From: a virus
IMG/VR virus record: IMGVR_UViG_3300037418_002157
Reading direction: 5' to 3' (one strand)
Length of the DNA: 62,382 nt
In this document: positions 15,013 to 24,543 of the stretch, piece after piece
How positions within the stretch are numbered: position 1 is the stretch's first letter
Layout: each line of letters begins with the position of its first letter
Notes under the pieces: model-generated
The model's input: the letters and a program-made list of their open reading frames with translations, nothing else
Told to the model about the DNA's origin: nothing
Database searches by the model: none
Position numbers and translations under genes: made by a program

Positions 15013-17517
15013 GTGAGCCCCGACTACACCACCCTCGAGGCAGCCCTCGCCTGGCACCACGCTGGCGCCAGCGTCGTCCGGGCTGCCATCGACGGCACCA
15101 AGCGGCCGGACGGGGCATGGAAGCAGTACCAGACGAAGCGCCCCACCGAAGACATCGTCCGCCAGTGGTTCACCGGCGGGCACCCCGGCCTCGGCATCAT
15201 CCTCGGCTCCGTCTCCGGCGGCCTCGAGATGCTCGAGTTCGAAGGCCGCGCCGTCACCGAGAAGCGCCACGAGGAGTTCGACGAGATCGCTGAGGCGTCC
15301 GGGCTGAGCAACGTGTGGCAGCGCATCAAGGACGGCTACTGCGAGCAGACACCGTCCGGCGGCTACCACCTCGTCTACCGCGTCACCGACGGGCCCGTCC
15401 TGCCCAACACGAAGCTCGCCCGCCGCCCAGCCACCGCCGAGGAACTCGCCGCCAAGCCCAGCGAGAAAATCAAAGTCCTCGTTGAAACACGCGGCGAAGG
15501 CGGCTTCGTCATCACCGCCCCCTCCCACGGACCCGTCCACGAGACCGGTCAACCCTGGCAGTTGCTCGCCGGAGACACCAAGAACCTGGCCGAGATCACC
15601 GCGGACGAACGGGACGCCCTGTTCACCATCGCCCGCATGCTCGACCAAATGCCCGCCACCGAGCAGCCCACCCCGACCACCCCCGAACAGCCGACCAGCA
15701 CTGCAGACTTCGGCGGCGTCAAGCCCGGCGAGGACTACGAGCAGCGCACCGACTGGGCTGACATCCTCACCCCCCACGGCTGGCGGCTGCTCGGCCAGCA
15801 CGGCAACACCCGATACTGGCAGCGGCCCGGAAAGACAGGCATCGGCCCCTCCGCCACCACCGGCCACGCCGACGACCGCGACCGCCTCTACGTCTTCACC
15901 ACCAGCACAGAGTTCGACGCCGAGCGCCCCTACACCAAGTTCGGCGCCTACGCCCTCCTCGAACACGGCGGCGACCATTCCGCCGCCGCCAAAGAACTCC
16001 GCCGCCGCGGCTACGGCAGCGCCCCCACCACCCCCACGGGCCGACCGCAGCTGCGCATCGTCAACGGCTTCACCCAGCCGATCACCGGCGCCCCGCCCGT
16101 CGACGGCGCCAACGCTCTCCAGACGGACACCGCGCCGCGCGCCGCGGCCTCGAGCGGCAGCTGGCCCGAGTCGTTCACCGACGACGGCAACGCCCTGCTC
16201 TTCGTCGACACCTACGGCAACCAGCTGAGGTACGTCCCGCAGCGCAGCATGTGGCTGCTGTGGGAAGGCCACCGCTGGGCGTGGGACGAAGGCGGCCTCG
16301 TCGTCGAACTCGCCCGCGACATGATCCGCGACCTCGACCCCACCGTCTTCGGCGATGAAGACCTCGAGAAAGCCGCCCGCAAGCACAAGGCCTCCAGCCT
16401 GTCCCGCGACAAAGTCAACGCGGCTATTCATCTGTCCCGTACCGATCGTCGCGTCGTCGCTCCGGCCTCCGAGCTCGACGCCATCGCCACTCACCTCAAC
16501 ACCCCGGGCGGCATCGTCGATCTCGTCACCGGAGAAATGCACCCCTCCGACCCGGGCGCCCTGCACACCCGCTCCACTGCGGTCGAGCCCGACTTCGAGG
16601 CCGACGCACCACGCTGGCAGACCTTCCTCGCCGACACGTTCGGCGAGGACACCGAACTCGCCGCGTTCGTGCAGCGGCTGGCCGGCTACTCCGCCAGCGG
16701 CGACACACGCTTTCACGTCCTGCCGTTCCTGCACGGCCCCGGGGGGAACGGCAAAACCGTCTTCCTCGACGTACTGCGCATCCTGCTCGGCGACTACGCA
16801 GCAACCGCCCCCAACACCTTCCTCATGGTCGGCCAGCAGCAACACGAAACCGAAGTCGCCCGCCTCGCAGGCCTGCGCCTCGTCGTCGTCTCCGAGGTCA
16901 ACCAGGACGCCCGCTTCGACGAAGCCAAGATGAAGCTCCTCACTGGCGGCGACGCCCTCACCGCCCGGTTCATGCGCCAGGACCACTTCACGTTCGAACC
17001 CACCCACCACTTGTGGCTGATGGGCAACCACCTGCCTGCCGTGAAAGCAGGCGGTGACTCCTTCTGGCGGCGCCTGCGCCTCGTCCCCTTCACCCGCACC
17101 GTCTCCGAAGAGAAGAAGATCGACGGGCTCGCCCGCATCCTCGCCAACGAAGAAGGCCCGGCGATCCTCGCCTGGATGATTCGCGGCGCCGTCGACGCGT
17201 TCGCCGCCAAACTTCGCGAGCCGGCCGCCGTCATGGCCTTCACCGAGTCCTACGCCGAGGAAGAGGACGCCCTCGCGCGATTCATGGAGGACTGCTGCCA
17301 CCTCGGCGGAGGCACGCACGTCACCACGCTCACGGCAAAGCTGCGCGGCGCCTATGAGGACTGGTGCAAGACCGAGGGCGAGATTCCTCTCAAGCCTCAG
17401 GTGCTCGGCCGCGAACTTCGGACTCGTTTCGGTATTGACCAGAAGCGCAGCAATGGTCGGCGTATGTACGTCGGTGTCGCTCTTGTCGCCAGCGACGTCG
17501 ACGACGAGGGGGAGTGA
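15013..17517 (+). CDS. Bifunctional primase-polymerase (prim-pol) plus D5/P4-type SF3 helicase replicase
   Basis: N-terminal prim-pol pattern (KRPDGAWKQYQ, GLGIILG, ETRGEGGFVITAPS). C-terminal P-loop GPGGNGKTVFLDVL and Walker B LVVVSEV. GTG at 15013 with an AAGGAGA RBS. Confidence 0.88.
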   Translation: MSPDYTTLEAALAWHHAGASVVRAAIDGTKRPDGAWKQYQTKRPTEDIVRQWFTGGHPGLGIILGSVSGGLEMLEFEGRAVTEKRHEEFDEIAEASGLSNVWQRIKDGYCEQTPSGGYHLVYRVTDGPVLPNTKLARRPATAEELAAKPSEKIKVLVETRGEGGFVITAPSHGPVHETGQPWQLLAGDTKNLAEITADERDALFTIARMLDQMPATEQPTPTTPEQPTSTADFGGVKPGEDYEQRTDWADILTPHGWRLLGQHGNTRYWQRPGKTGIGPSATTGHADDRDRLYVFTTSTEFDAERPYTKFGAYALLEHGGDHSAAAKELRRRGYGSAPTTPTGRPQLRIVNGFTQPITGAPPVDGANALQTDTAPRAAASSGSWPESFTDDGNALLFVDTYGNQLRYVPQRSMWLLWEGHRWAWDEGGLVVELARDMIRDLDPTVFGDEDLEKAARKHKASSLSRDKVNAAIHLSRTDRRVVAPASELDAIATHLNTPGGIVDLVTGEMHPSDPGALHTRSTAVEPDFEADAPRWQTFLADTFGEDTELAAFVQRLAGYSASGDTRFHVLPFLHGPGGNGKTVFLDVLRILLGDYAATAPNTFLMVGQQQHETEVARLAGLRLVVVSEVNQDARFDEAKMKLLTGGDALTARFMRQDHFTFEPTHHLWLMGNHLPAVKAGGDSFWRRLRLVPFTRTVSEEKKIDGLARILANEEGPAILAWMIRGAVDAFAAKLREPAAVMAFTESYAEEEDALARFMEDCCHLGGGTHVTTLTAKLRGAYEDWCKTEGEIPLKPQVLGRELRTRFGIDQKRSNGRRMYVGVALVASDVDDEGE

Positions 17518-17520
17518 TGA

Positions 17521-17763
17521 CAGTGCCCGCAGTGCCCGTTCAGTGCCCGATCCAAAATGCCATCAGGCACTCGCTGGTACACGATCTGACCTGCAATGGT
17601 TGCGAATCAGTGCCCGCAGTGCCCGATGTTCTGCAGTTCCACCGTTACACGCATGCATGCGCGCGCGCATCAGCCCTCATATGCAAACTACGGGCACTAC
17701 GGGCACTGTTCACCGGATTGCTGCAGGTGGAAGCCCTAATCGCGGCAGTGCCCGATCGGGCAC
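17521..17763. repeat. Iteron-like array of the 9-mer CAGTGCCCG in both orientations (candidate replication origin)
   Basis: Forward copies at 17521, 17530, 17541, 17608, 17617 and 17744. Reverse copies CGGGCACT(G/A) at 17689, 17698 and 17755. Palindrome CAGTGCCCGatCGGGCACTG at 17744-17763. Locally lower GC and low GC3 in the overlapping ORF. Confidence 0.6.
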
Positions 17764-17805
17764 TGTCCACATGGTGGAACGGTGAATCACGGGCGGTGAC
17801 GGCCC

Positions 17806-18171
17806 GTGACTAAAAAGCCGCCGCCGTGGCTCGACCTATCCGCACCCCTCACCGACCGGCCCCGAACCCGTCTGTGCGCCTGGTGCGGACAACCTGTCCT
17901 GCTGGCCCTCGTCGGCCACGTCGCCGCCCTCCAAGTACGCGCCGACCCCAAACCCCTCAACCCGCTCGAGGAACTCGCCGCACGCCTCCAAGGACGCACC
18001 ACCTACTGCCTGCGCCTGCACCCCGTACTACGGCCCCGCCTGATCAACCGCAGCGCCGCGCACATCCGGGCCGGCCGCTGCACCCACCTTGTCGTCGCCG
18101 ACCACCACTGCACACGGACACCGGCACCCGCCGAACCCCACACCGCAACCCAGGCCAACCGACTCTTCTGA
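17806..18171 (+). CDS. Hypothetical protein (121 aa)
   Basis: ORF track. GTG start. Contains CAWCG. Confidence 0.55.
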   Translation: MTKKPPPWLDLSAPLTDRPRTRLCAWCGQPVLLALVGHVAALQVRADPKPLNPLEELAARLQGRTTYCLRLHPVLRPRLINRSAAHIRAGRCTHLVVADHHCTRTPAPAEPHTATQANRLF

Positions 18172-18185
18172 AAGGAACAACGACC

Positions 18186-18869
18186 ATGGGGAAGATCCCC
18201 GACCACGGAACCGCCAGCCGCTACCAGGGCTCCCGACGCAACGCCAACTGGGCACCCTGCCGCTGCGATCTCTGCCGCGCCGCCTTCCGCCGCGACGAGA
18301 AAGTAAGGGAACTGCGGCGCCTGCGCGGCATTCCTTCCTATGCGCCCATCGGGCCCGTCGCTGCTCACGTTCGCGTGCTGCTGGAATCCGGCTGGACCCT
18401 CGACAGCATTACCCGCGAAGCAAACGTCAGCAGGCGAGCCCTCGGGAACTGGCTGAACAATCCGCCCTCCGGTGTGCAGCACGAAGTGGCCGCGCGAGTA
18501 CTGGTACTGAAGCCAGCCACCACTGGCCCCCTGCTCGTACCGGCGCTCGGCAGCGCGCGGCGGCTACAGGCCCTCGCCGCGATGGGCTGGCCAGTCAGCT
18601 GGTCGGGCCCCCAGGCCGGCATCACGGACACCTACGCTCGCCTGCTCGTGCGGGGCCGCCACGGTTCCGTAGGCGCTGCTGTGGCCGCCCGCATCGACGC
18701 CGTGTACCGGCGGCACTGCATGATTCCCGGCCCTTCAGAGTTCGCACGGGCGCACGCCCGCCGCAACGAGTGGGTGACCGCCGTCGCTTGGGACGACATC
18801 GACGACCCCAAGGACAAGCCGCACAGCGTCATCGGCCGCTGCGAGCGCCGCCGCCGCACTGCCGCCTGA
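18186..18869 (+). CDS. HTH DNA-binding domain protein (227 aa)
   Basis: N-terminal HGTASRYQGSRRNANWAPCRCDLCRAA motif, which is common in actinophage DNA-binding proteins. Repeated HTH-like segments. ATG at 18186. Confidence 0.6.
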   Translation: MGKIPDHGTASRYQGSRRNANWAPCRCDLCRAAFRRDEKVRELRRLRGIPSYAPIGPVAAHVRVLLESGWTLDSITREANVSRRALGNWLNNPPSGVQHEVAARVLVLKPATTGPLLVPALGSARRLQALAAMGWPVSWSGPQAGITDTYARLLVRGRHGSVGAAVAARIDAVYRRHCMIPGPSEFARAHARRNEWVTAVAWDDIDDPKDKPHSVIGRCERRRRTAA

Positions 18870-18949
18870 CCCACCCCCCGCACGCGAACACCCCCGAAAC
18901 GATCCCTAACGCGCAACCCGCCACCAAACCAACCCCGGGAGCAGCCGAC

Positions 18950-19336
18950 ATGACCACCAACCACCTCACCAACCAGCAGCAGGCCGACGACCACGCCATC
19001 CAGATCCTCAGCAACGAGGGCGCCCAATGCGGCGACTGCGGCGACCAGCCCGGCGACCGCATCTGCCCGGACTGCGAGCGCTGCCGCGGCTGGTACGTCG
19101 CCGCCCTCCGTAAGGCCGGATGGGCGCCGCAGCCCGAGCACGACGCGCTGCTCGCCGAGGTCCGCCGCCTGCGTGCCGAGCTTGCCGCGACCCAGACCAA
19201 GACGCTGGCCACGGAGGCGGACGAGATCGTCGCTCACTGCCCGGACCACGGCAGCAGGGACGGCGTGTGGATGGACTGCCACTGCGCTGTCGCCGACGAC
19301 CTCCGCCGCCGTGCCGCCGCTCGTCCGTCTGCCTGA
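18950..19336 (+). CDS. Hypothetical Cys-rich protein (128 aa)
   Basis: Tail of ORF 18089..19336 from the ATG at 18950. CGDCGD...CPDCERC zinc-ribbon. Confidence 0.6.
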   Translation: MTTNHLTNQQQADDHAIQILSNEGAQCGDCGDQPGDRICPDCERCRGWYVAALRKAGWAPQPEHDALLAEVRRLRAELAATQTKTLATEADEIVAHCPDHGSRDGVWMDCHCAVADDLRRRAAARPSA

Positions 19337-19363
19337 TCCGCCAGCCCACAAGGAGCCAACGCC

Positions 19364-19717
19364 ATGACCGCCGTCGTGATCTGCCGCCCGCCGAGCTTCC
19401 CGATCCGCCGCATCCTCAACTGCCCGACCGAGGGGCGCCGCCGCCGCATGGCCGGGATCGACGGAGGCCCGTACTACGGGCCGTCCCTCACCTGCCTTGG
19501 CTGCGGAGACAGCTGGAGTTGCGGCGAGCGCCACGAGCGCCCGTTCCAACGCGCCTGGCGCGCCAAGGCCATCGCATCCGCCAAGCGCGCCTGGGACGAG
19601 GCGGGCCGCCGCAGCCGCGCCCAGTACGAGGCGTGGCTCGCCGCCGAGCTGGCCGCCGTGATGGCCGACTACGGCAGCTCTGCGGAGGACGTGCCGCTGC
19701 CCGAGCCCGCCGCCTGA
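19364..19717 (+). CDS. Hypothetical protein (117 aa)
   Basis: ORF track. CLGCGDSWSC motif. Confidence 0.55.
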   Translation: MTAVVICRPPSFPIRRILNCPTEGRRRRMAGIDGGPYYGPSLTCLGCGDSWSCGERHERPFQRAWRAKAIASAKRAWDEAGRRSRAQYEAWLAAELAAVMADYGSSAEDVPLPEPAA

Positions 19718-19752
19718 TCCGCCTGCCCACCCCACCACCCGAGAGGAACACC

Positions 19753-19986
19753 GTGACCGACGCACCCGACACCGTGACCGAGCACGTCCGCGCCGATCAA
19801 CTCACCCCAGGCCGCACGATCTTCGTCCTCACGTCGACGTGGGCGGAAACAGTGCAGCGCGTGGACCCGGCACACGGCTACGTCAACGTCTACACCGATC
19901 AGACCGGCCCGGAGGCTTGCTACCAGTGGCAGGCGCATGAGCCGATCCGGTCCCTCACGCAGCCCGGCGACACCCCTGCCCCGTGA
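19753..19986 (+). CDS. Hypothetical protein (77 aa)
   Basis: GTG at 19753 preceded by GAGAGGAA. High GC3. Confidence 0.55.
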   Translation: MTDAPDTVTEHVRADQLTPGRTIFVLTSTWAETVQRVDPAHGYVNVYTDQTGPEACYQWQAHEPIRSLTQPGDTPAP

Positions 19987-20062
19987 CCACGGACACGGCC
20001 GCCCGGAGTCGAGTTCCGGGCGGCCGCACCACCCAGCATCTCACCAGCACCCGGAGGAAACC

Positions 20063-20866
20063 GTGACCGACCCGTACTGGGAAGACCGAGAGGCAGGCCT
20101 CGCCCTGTACCTCGGCGATATGCGGGAGATACTTCCCGCCCTCGGCGTCCAAGCCGATCTGATCATCGCGGATCCACCGTATGGCGAGACCGCGCTCGCC
20201 TGGGACCGCTGGCCCATCGGCTGGCTGAAGGTCGCCGCCGCCCACAGTAACGCCATGTGGTGCTTCGGCAGCCAACGCATGTTCTTCGACCACCTCGACG
20301 AGTTCAAGGCCGCCGACTGGAAGCTCAGCCAGGACGTCATCGGCCACGACGAAGACGGCGATCCGATCGTCGGCGACGTCAACATCGTGTGGGAGAAGCA
20401 CAACGGCACCGGCTTCGCCAAGGATCGCTTCCGGCGCGTCCACGAACACGTCCTGCACTGGTATCGCGGCCCGTGGAGCGGCATACATCAGGCAGTCCCC
20501 CGAGTCCCGGCAATCTACGACCCGAAAGGTCGCGTCCGCAGTCGCCAGGACCGCGCGGCACATCTCGGGGCCCTAGGCGACGCGGTGTACGTCGATGACG
20601 GACTTCGACTGATGCGGTCGGTGATCAAAGTCGGGTCGGTGCGGGGCGGCATCCACAAGACGCAGAAGCCGGAGTCACTGCTGCTGCCGCTGATCCGCTA
20701 CGCCTGCCCACCCGGCGGTCTCATCGTGGATCCGTTCGCCGGGTCCGGCAGCACGCTCGATGCGGCCCGCCAGTCCGGCCGCCGGGCGATCGGCATCGAA
20801 GCCCACGAGCCCTACGCCGAAGCCGCAGCGCGCCGCCTGTCAGCGCTGACCCTGCCGGTGGCGTGA
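20063..20866 (+). CDS. DNA N6-adenine/N4-cytosine methyltransferase (DPPY type)
   Basis: IIADPPYG catalytic motif, HKTQKP, and VDPFAGSGST AdoMet motif (beta-class order). GTG at 20063 with a GGAGGAAA RBS. Confidence 0.88.
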   Translation: MTDPYWEDREAGLALYLGDMREILPALGVQADLIIADPPYGETALAWDRWPIGWLKVAAAHSNAMWCFGSQRMFFDHLDEFKAADWKLSQDVIGHDEDGDPIVGDVNIVWEKHNGTGFAKDRFRRVHEHVLHWYRGPWSGIHQAVPRVPAIYDPKGRVRSRQDRAAHLGALGDAVYVDDGLRLMRSVIKVGSVRGGIHKTQKPESLLLPLIRYACPPGGLIVDPFAGSGSTLDAARQSGRRAIGIEAHEPYAEAAARRLSALTLPVA

Positions 20867-20869
20867 CGC

Positions 20870-20900
20870 GGCCCGCCCCGGCCGATACCCGGGGCGGGCC
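20870..20900 (+). terminator. Stem-loop terminator after the methyltransferase gene
   Basis: Perfect 12-bp stem ggcccgccccgg / ccggggcgggcc with loop ccgatac, followed by ttcgctc. Confidence 0.55.
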
Positions 20901-20981
20901 TTCGCTCAGCCTCCCACAGCCCGCCTGACTGCCCCTGTCTCGTCTGCTGCCCGCCGCCCCGAACAACCCCAGGAGACCGCC

Positions 20982-21800
20982 GTGACCGAACCGACCGAGA
21001 CCGCCCGCGAACTGCTGTGGCGGCACAACCTGCCCGAGGACGTCATCGACGGCGCGCTCTGCCTGCACGCGCAGGAGTTGGCCGCCGTGCAGCGGGAGGC
21101 GATCCGTAAGACCGACGACCCGGTGTTCTACGAGGGTGAGGCGGGCTGGCTCGTCGGCCTGATCGAGCCGGAGGACGCCCCCGCCGTGTCTGCCGGGGTG
21201 GCGACCGCCAGCAGCCAGGCCGCTCCCGCCGTCTGGATCGACGGCCACCCGCAACTGGAGGCCATCGCCGCCGCCGTGTGGGAACGGTGCGGGCGCAGCG
21301 ACAGCGGCACGTGCGTCGAGGACGACCCCCGCAACATCGCCGTCGCCGCACTGGCCGCCGTGCTGCCCACGACCACCGACCGGGCGGGCGTCGAGGCTCC
21401 GGAAGCAACGTGCAGCGCCCAGAACCGCAACTACGAGTCTGGTCCGCGACTGTGCATCCGCGCCGCGCAGCATCACGGCGACCACATCGACGAGCGCGGC
21501 TTCCACTGGTCCGACACCGTCGCTGTGTACCCGGTCGCCGGCGGCACGTTCCGCACCGGGATCAACGTGCGGGCCGAGCTGCGTCGCGTGGCTGCCGAGG
21601 CCGGGCCCGCCGACACGGGGGAGGACGGCGGCGAGACCGAGGGCGCCTGCCCGCGCTGCAAGGGATCGGGGATTGACCCCGAGGACGACCTCATCCCAGG
21701 AAGTTCGTGGGAATTGCCGCAGGCGCCTCCTTGCCGCTCCTGCACGCCGAGTGAGCAGCCCGCCGCCGCGCAGCCGCCGAAGGAGGCCCGGCCGCAATAG
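20982..21800 (+). CDS. Hypothetical protein (272 aa)
   Basis: ORF track. High GC3. C-terminal CPRCKGSG...CRSC. Confidence 0.65.
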   Translation: MTEPTETARELLWRHNLPEDVIDGALCLHAQELAAVQREAIRKTDDPVFYEGEAGWLVGLIEPEDAPAVSAGVATASSQAAPAVWIDGHPQLEAIAAAVWERCGRSDSGTCVEDDPRNIAVAALAAVLPTTTDRAGVEAPEATCSAQNRNYESGPRLCIRAAQHHGDHIDERGFHWSDTVAVYPVAGGTFRTGINVRAELRRVAAEAGPADTGEDGGETEGACPRCKGSGIDPEDDLIPGSSWELPQAPPCRSCTPSEQPAAAQPPKEARPQ

Positions 21801-21903
21801 GCCGCGCGTGAGCCTCCCGCCAGAGCTTCACCCCGAGCGAGGGACGCCGAGCCGCCCCCAAGCGCTCCTGACCAAAAATGAGAGAGCAGGAAGGACCCAA
21901 TCG

Positions 21904-22194
21904 ATGCCCATCCCGATCCCCGGTGTCGGCGACGTACCGAAGAACGCCATAGTCCACGGATCTTGTGAGCAGTGGTGGACCGGAGCTGAACGCAGCCACT
22001 GCGGCGGATGCCATCTGACGTTCACATCCCTCACCTCATTCGAACGCCACCGCAAAGGCCTGCACTGCAACCCGCCCGAGGAAGTCGGCCTCGTAGCCCG
22101 CCAGAAGCCCTACGGCACGCTCTGGGGCCTCCCCGCACCCGTAGGCGGCTACGGAGCCCTCCACGGCCGCGACGAAGCCACAGAAGCCGCCTGA
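21904..22194 (+). CDS. Putative zinc-binding protein (FDxHR-like motif, 96 aa)
   Basis: SHCGGCHLTFTSLTSFERHR. Tail of ORF 21673..22194 from the ATG at 21904. Confidence 0.55.
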   Translation: MPIPIPGVGDVPKNAIVHGSCEQWWTGAERSHCGGCHLTFTSLTSFERHRKGLHCNPPEEVGLVARQKPYGTLWGLPAPVGGYGALHGRDEATEAA

Positions 22195-22201
22195 CAGCCA
22201 C

Positions 22202-22227
22202 GCGCCGGGCCACCCCCGGCCCGGCGC
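22202..22227 (+). terminator. Stem-loop
   Basis: Perfect 10-bp stem gcgccgggcc / ggcccggcgc. Confidence 0.4.
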
Positions 22228-22305
22228 CCGCCTCCACGAATCACTTCACCGTTTGGCGAAGTGACGCCACCCGCCCGCAACACCCCGACCCGACAAGGAC
22301 CCCGC

Positions 22306-22524
22306 ATGAACGTCTCCCGCCAAAACCCCGACGGCTCCTGGAGCCCCGACCAGCCCCTCCCACTCACCGACGACTTCGACGTCGAGGTGACCGGCACCGG
22401 CCCCTACCGGTGGGACGCGTGGGTTGGCATGACCGAAGTCGCCACCGGCACCGCGCGTACTCGCCTCGGCCTGCGGTTCGCCATCGCGCGGGCCAAGCGG
22501 CGCCACGCAAGGAACAGCCGATGA
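22306..22524 (+). CDS. Hypothetical protein (72 aa)
   Basis: ORF 22261..22524. The ATG at 22306 has an AAGGA RBS. The GTG at 22261 is also possible. Confidence 0.55.
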   Translation: MNVSRQNPDGSWSPDQPLPLTDDFDVEVTGTGPYRWDAWVGMTEVATGTARTRLGLRFAIARAKRRHARNSR

Positions 22525-22961
22525 CCGACCAGCCCTGCCCCTTCTGCGAGATCATCGCCTACCGCGCGCCCGCAACCATCGTCCGCGTGTGGCCCGACGC
22601 GCTCGCCATCGTCCCCCTCGGCCCGGTCGTTGACGGCCACCTGCTCGTCATCCCGCACGATCACGTAAGCGACTTCAGCGCTGACCCTGACGTCACCGCG
22701 ATCACCGCCCGCCGCGCAGCCGAGCTCGCCTTGGAGCGGGGCCTCATCTGCGCAAACCTCATCACCTCCATGGGCGCTGCGGCCACGCAGTCCGTGTTCC
22801 ACCTCCACCTGCACCTCGTTCCCCGCGCCGAGAACGACGGACTCGCACTGCCCTGGTACAGCGGCAAGAAGAAGAGCGGCCTGCAGATCAACGTCCGGCC
22901 CAAGCCCAACGACGATGACGCGTTTGCCCGGGGCTTTGCCGCAGGAAGGCGCACCCGATGA
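22521..22961 (+). CDS. HIT-family (histidine triad) nucleotide hydrolase/transferase
   Basis: CPFCEI N-terminal motif and the histidine triad HLHLHLVPR. Confidence 0.85.
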   Translation: MTDQPCPFCEIIAYRAPATIVRVWPDALAIVPLGPVVDGHLLVIPHDHVSDFSADPDVTAITARRAAELALERGLICANLITSMGAAATQSVFHLHLHLVPRAENDGLALPWYSGKKKSGLQINVRPKPNDDDAFARGFAAGRRTR

Positions 22962-23392
22962 CCGACCAGCCCAGCCCCGACCGTGAACGGCGCATCCCCC
23001 TCGCCGAACTCCGGCAGCAAGACCTCGACCTGCTGTACAACGACCTCGACCGATACGACGACGCCATCGGCGAACTCAACGAAACCAACATCAACATGGC
23101 GCGGGAACTCGCCGCCCTGCGCGCGGTCGCCCGCGGCTACTGCCCCCACTGCGGGCGCGGCGACGCCGCGCCCACCGTCGAAGACTGGGAGCAGCAGAAG
23201 CAGCGCGCCGACCACGCCGAAGCCGCCCTCGAACAGGTACGCGACGCGTGTGACCGGCTTCGGCGAGCGTCCGTCCTCGCAGACGGCCAACCCCACACCG
23301 ACCGCGAACGCGGCGTGATTCAGACGGTGGAGCGCGTCCTCGCCGTCCTCGACGAGTCCACGCCCGGCCCGGCAACCGCAGGCCCGTCGTGA
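22958..23392 (+). CDS. Hypothetical coiled-coil protein (144 aa)
   Basis: ORF track. ATGA coupling. Confidence 0.6.
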   Translation: MTDQPSPDRERRIPLAELRQQDLDLLYNDLDRYDDAIGELNETNINMARELAALRAVARGYCPHCGRGDAAPTVEDWEQQKQRADHAEAALEQVRDACDRLRRASVLADGQPHTDRERGVIQTVERVLAVLDESTPGPATAGPS

Positions 23393-23625
23393 ACCCGCGC
23401 TACCGCAAGGCCATGCGGCTCAAATCCCGCCACCACCGCCACCACCGGACCCTGCACACCCTGCCCGCCCCCCGACGGATCATCCCCTGGGCAACGGAAC
23501 CCTGCGGCGACAGTTGGCCGCTACCGCAAACCGTCAGCAACAACAACGACCTGATCGGGCAACGGATCAAACCCGACAGCAGCCAGACCATGAAACTCGT
23601 CAAACTCGTGGGGGACCTGCTGTGA
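23389..23625 (+). CDS. Hypothetical protein (78 aa), weak
   Basis: ORF track. Coupled at both ends, but composition and GC3 are less typical. Confidence 0.35.
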   Translation: MNPRYRKAMRLKSRHHRHHRTLHTLPAPRRIIPWATEPCGDSWPLPQTVSNNNDLIGQRIKPDSSQTMKLVKLVGDLL

Positions 23626-23867
23626 CCCGCGAACTCACCCACCGGCAACGGCAAGTCCTCCTGCTGGTCGCCAACGGCAACACCAACCAGCAGATAGCCG
23701 TCTGGCTCGGCATCACCGCCGACACCGTCAAGGACATCCTCGGCCTCGCCTACCGCACCCTCGGCGCCACAGACCGCGCCCAAGCCGTCGCCATCGCCCT
23801 CGCGGTGGGGGAGATCGGCGTACACCAGATACACGTCCCCGACCAGCAGAGAGAGGCAGCAGCATGA
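23622..23867 (+). CDS. LuxR/GerE-type HTH protein (81 aa, stand-alone)
   Basis: LTHRQRQVLLLVANGNTNQQIAVWLGITADTVKDILGLAYRTLGATDRAQAV. Confidence 0.8.
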   Translation: MTRELTHRQRQVLLLVANGNTNQQIAVWLGITADTVKDILGLAYRTLGATDRAQAVAIALAVGEIGVHQIHVPDQQREAAA

Positions 23868-24262
23868 CCATGTCCGTCACAGAGCTCGCCGCGCTCCCCA
23901 CGGCGCCGACGATCTCCCGCGGCCTGCGCGAAGCCGCCCGGTACGCCGACCACGGCGTACACCTCGCCCTACGCCGCGCCCTGTTCGGCACCACCACCTT
24001 CAACGACTTCGTCGCGGTCATCACCCCCGAGCACGCCATCGCCGAAGGCGTCGCACTGATCGTCGTCGGCGGAATGATCAACCCCGACGTCACCGACCAC
24101 GGCTGGCCCGACGACAGCTGGGACGCCGGCTACTACTCCCAGCGCGTCCGGCACGCGCACGAGGCCCTGACCGGATGGGCCGCCGACCACACCAGCGAGC
24201 AACTCGCACACCTCCTCGAAGCCGCCGCCGACCGGGCACACGCAATGGAGGCAGCAGGATGA
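23864..24262 (+). CDS. Hypothetical protein (132 aa)
   Basis: ORF track. ATGA coupling. Confidence 0.6.
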   Translation: MTMSVTELAALPTAPTISRGLREAARYADHGVHLALRRALFGTTTFNDFVAVITPEHAIAEGVALIVVGGMINPDVTDHGWPDDSWDAGYYSQRVRHAHEALTGWAADHTSEQLAHLLEAAADRAHAMEAAG

Positions 24263-24510
24263 GCGAACCCCTGGTGCAGGTCGGCTGGTACTGCTGGCGC
24301 TGCGAAGGCCTCGTCGACCAGCCCTGCCGCAGCGACAGCGTCCCCGTATCCGTCCCCGCCGAATGGGCTGAGGAGATGCGCGCCGAGATCTACCGGCTGA
24401 CCACCGAAGACAACGAGACCGAGCAGCAGCTCGCCCACAACGACGGACCCACCGTCCGCGAAGCAGCAGCCAATGACCGGCGATGGGACTTCGAGAAGCA
24501 CGGCGAATGA
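24259..24510 (+). CDS. Hypothetical protein (83 aa)
   Basis: Tail of ORF 24175..24510 from the coupled ATG at 24259. CWRCEG...C. Confidence 0.55.
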   Translation: MSEPLVQVGWYCWRCEGLVDQPCRSDSVPVSVPAEWAEEMRAEIYRLTTEDNETEQQLAHNDGPTVREAAANDRRWDFEKHGE

Positions 24511-24514
24511 CGAA

Positions 24515-24538
24515 GGCCCCGACCAGACGGCCGGGGCC
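24515..24538. terminator. Bidirectional stem-loop between convergent genes
   Basis: 7-bp GC stem ggccccg / cggggcc with a 10-nt loop. Confidence 0.45.
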
Positions 24539-24543
24539 CGCAC

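Noticed and set aside
17514-17813. 99-aa ORF overlapping the 9-mer array
   Set aside because: Its GC3 is about 63 percent against about 90 percent in neighbouring genes. Its peptide repeats (PAVPVQCP...) are just the translated iterons. The region is better explained as non-coding origin or operator DNA.
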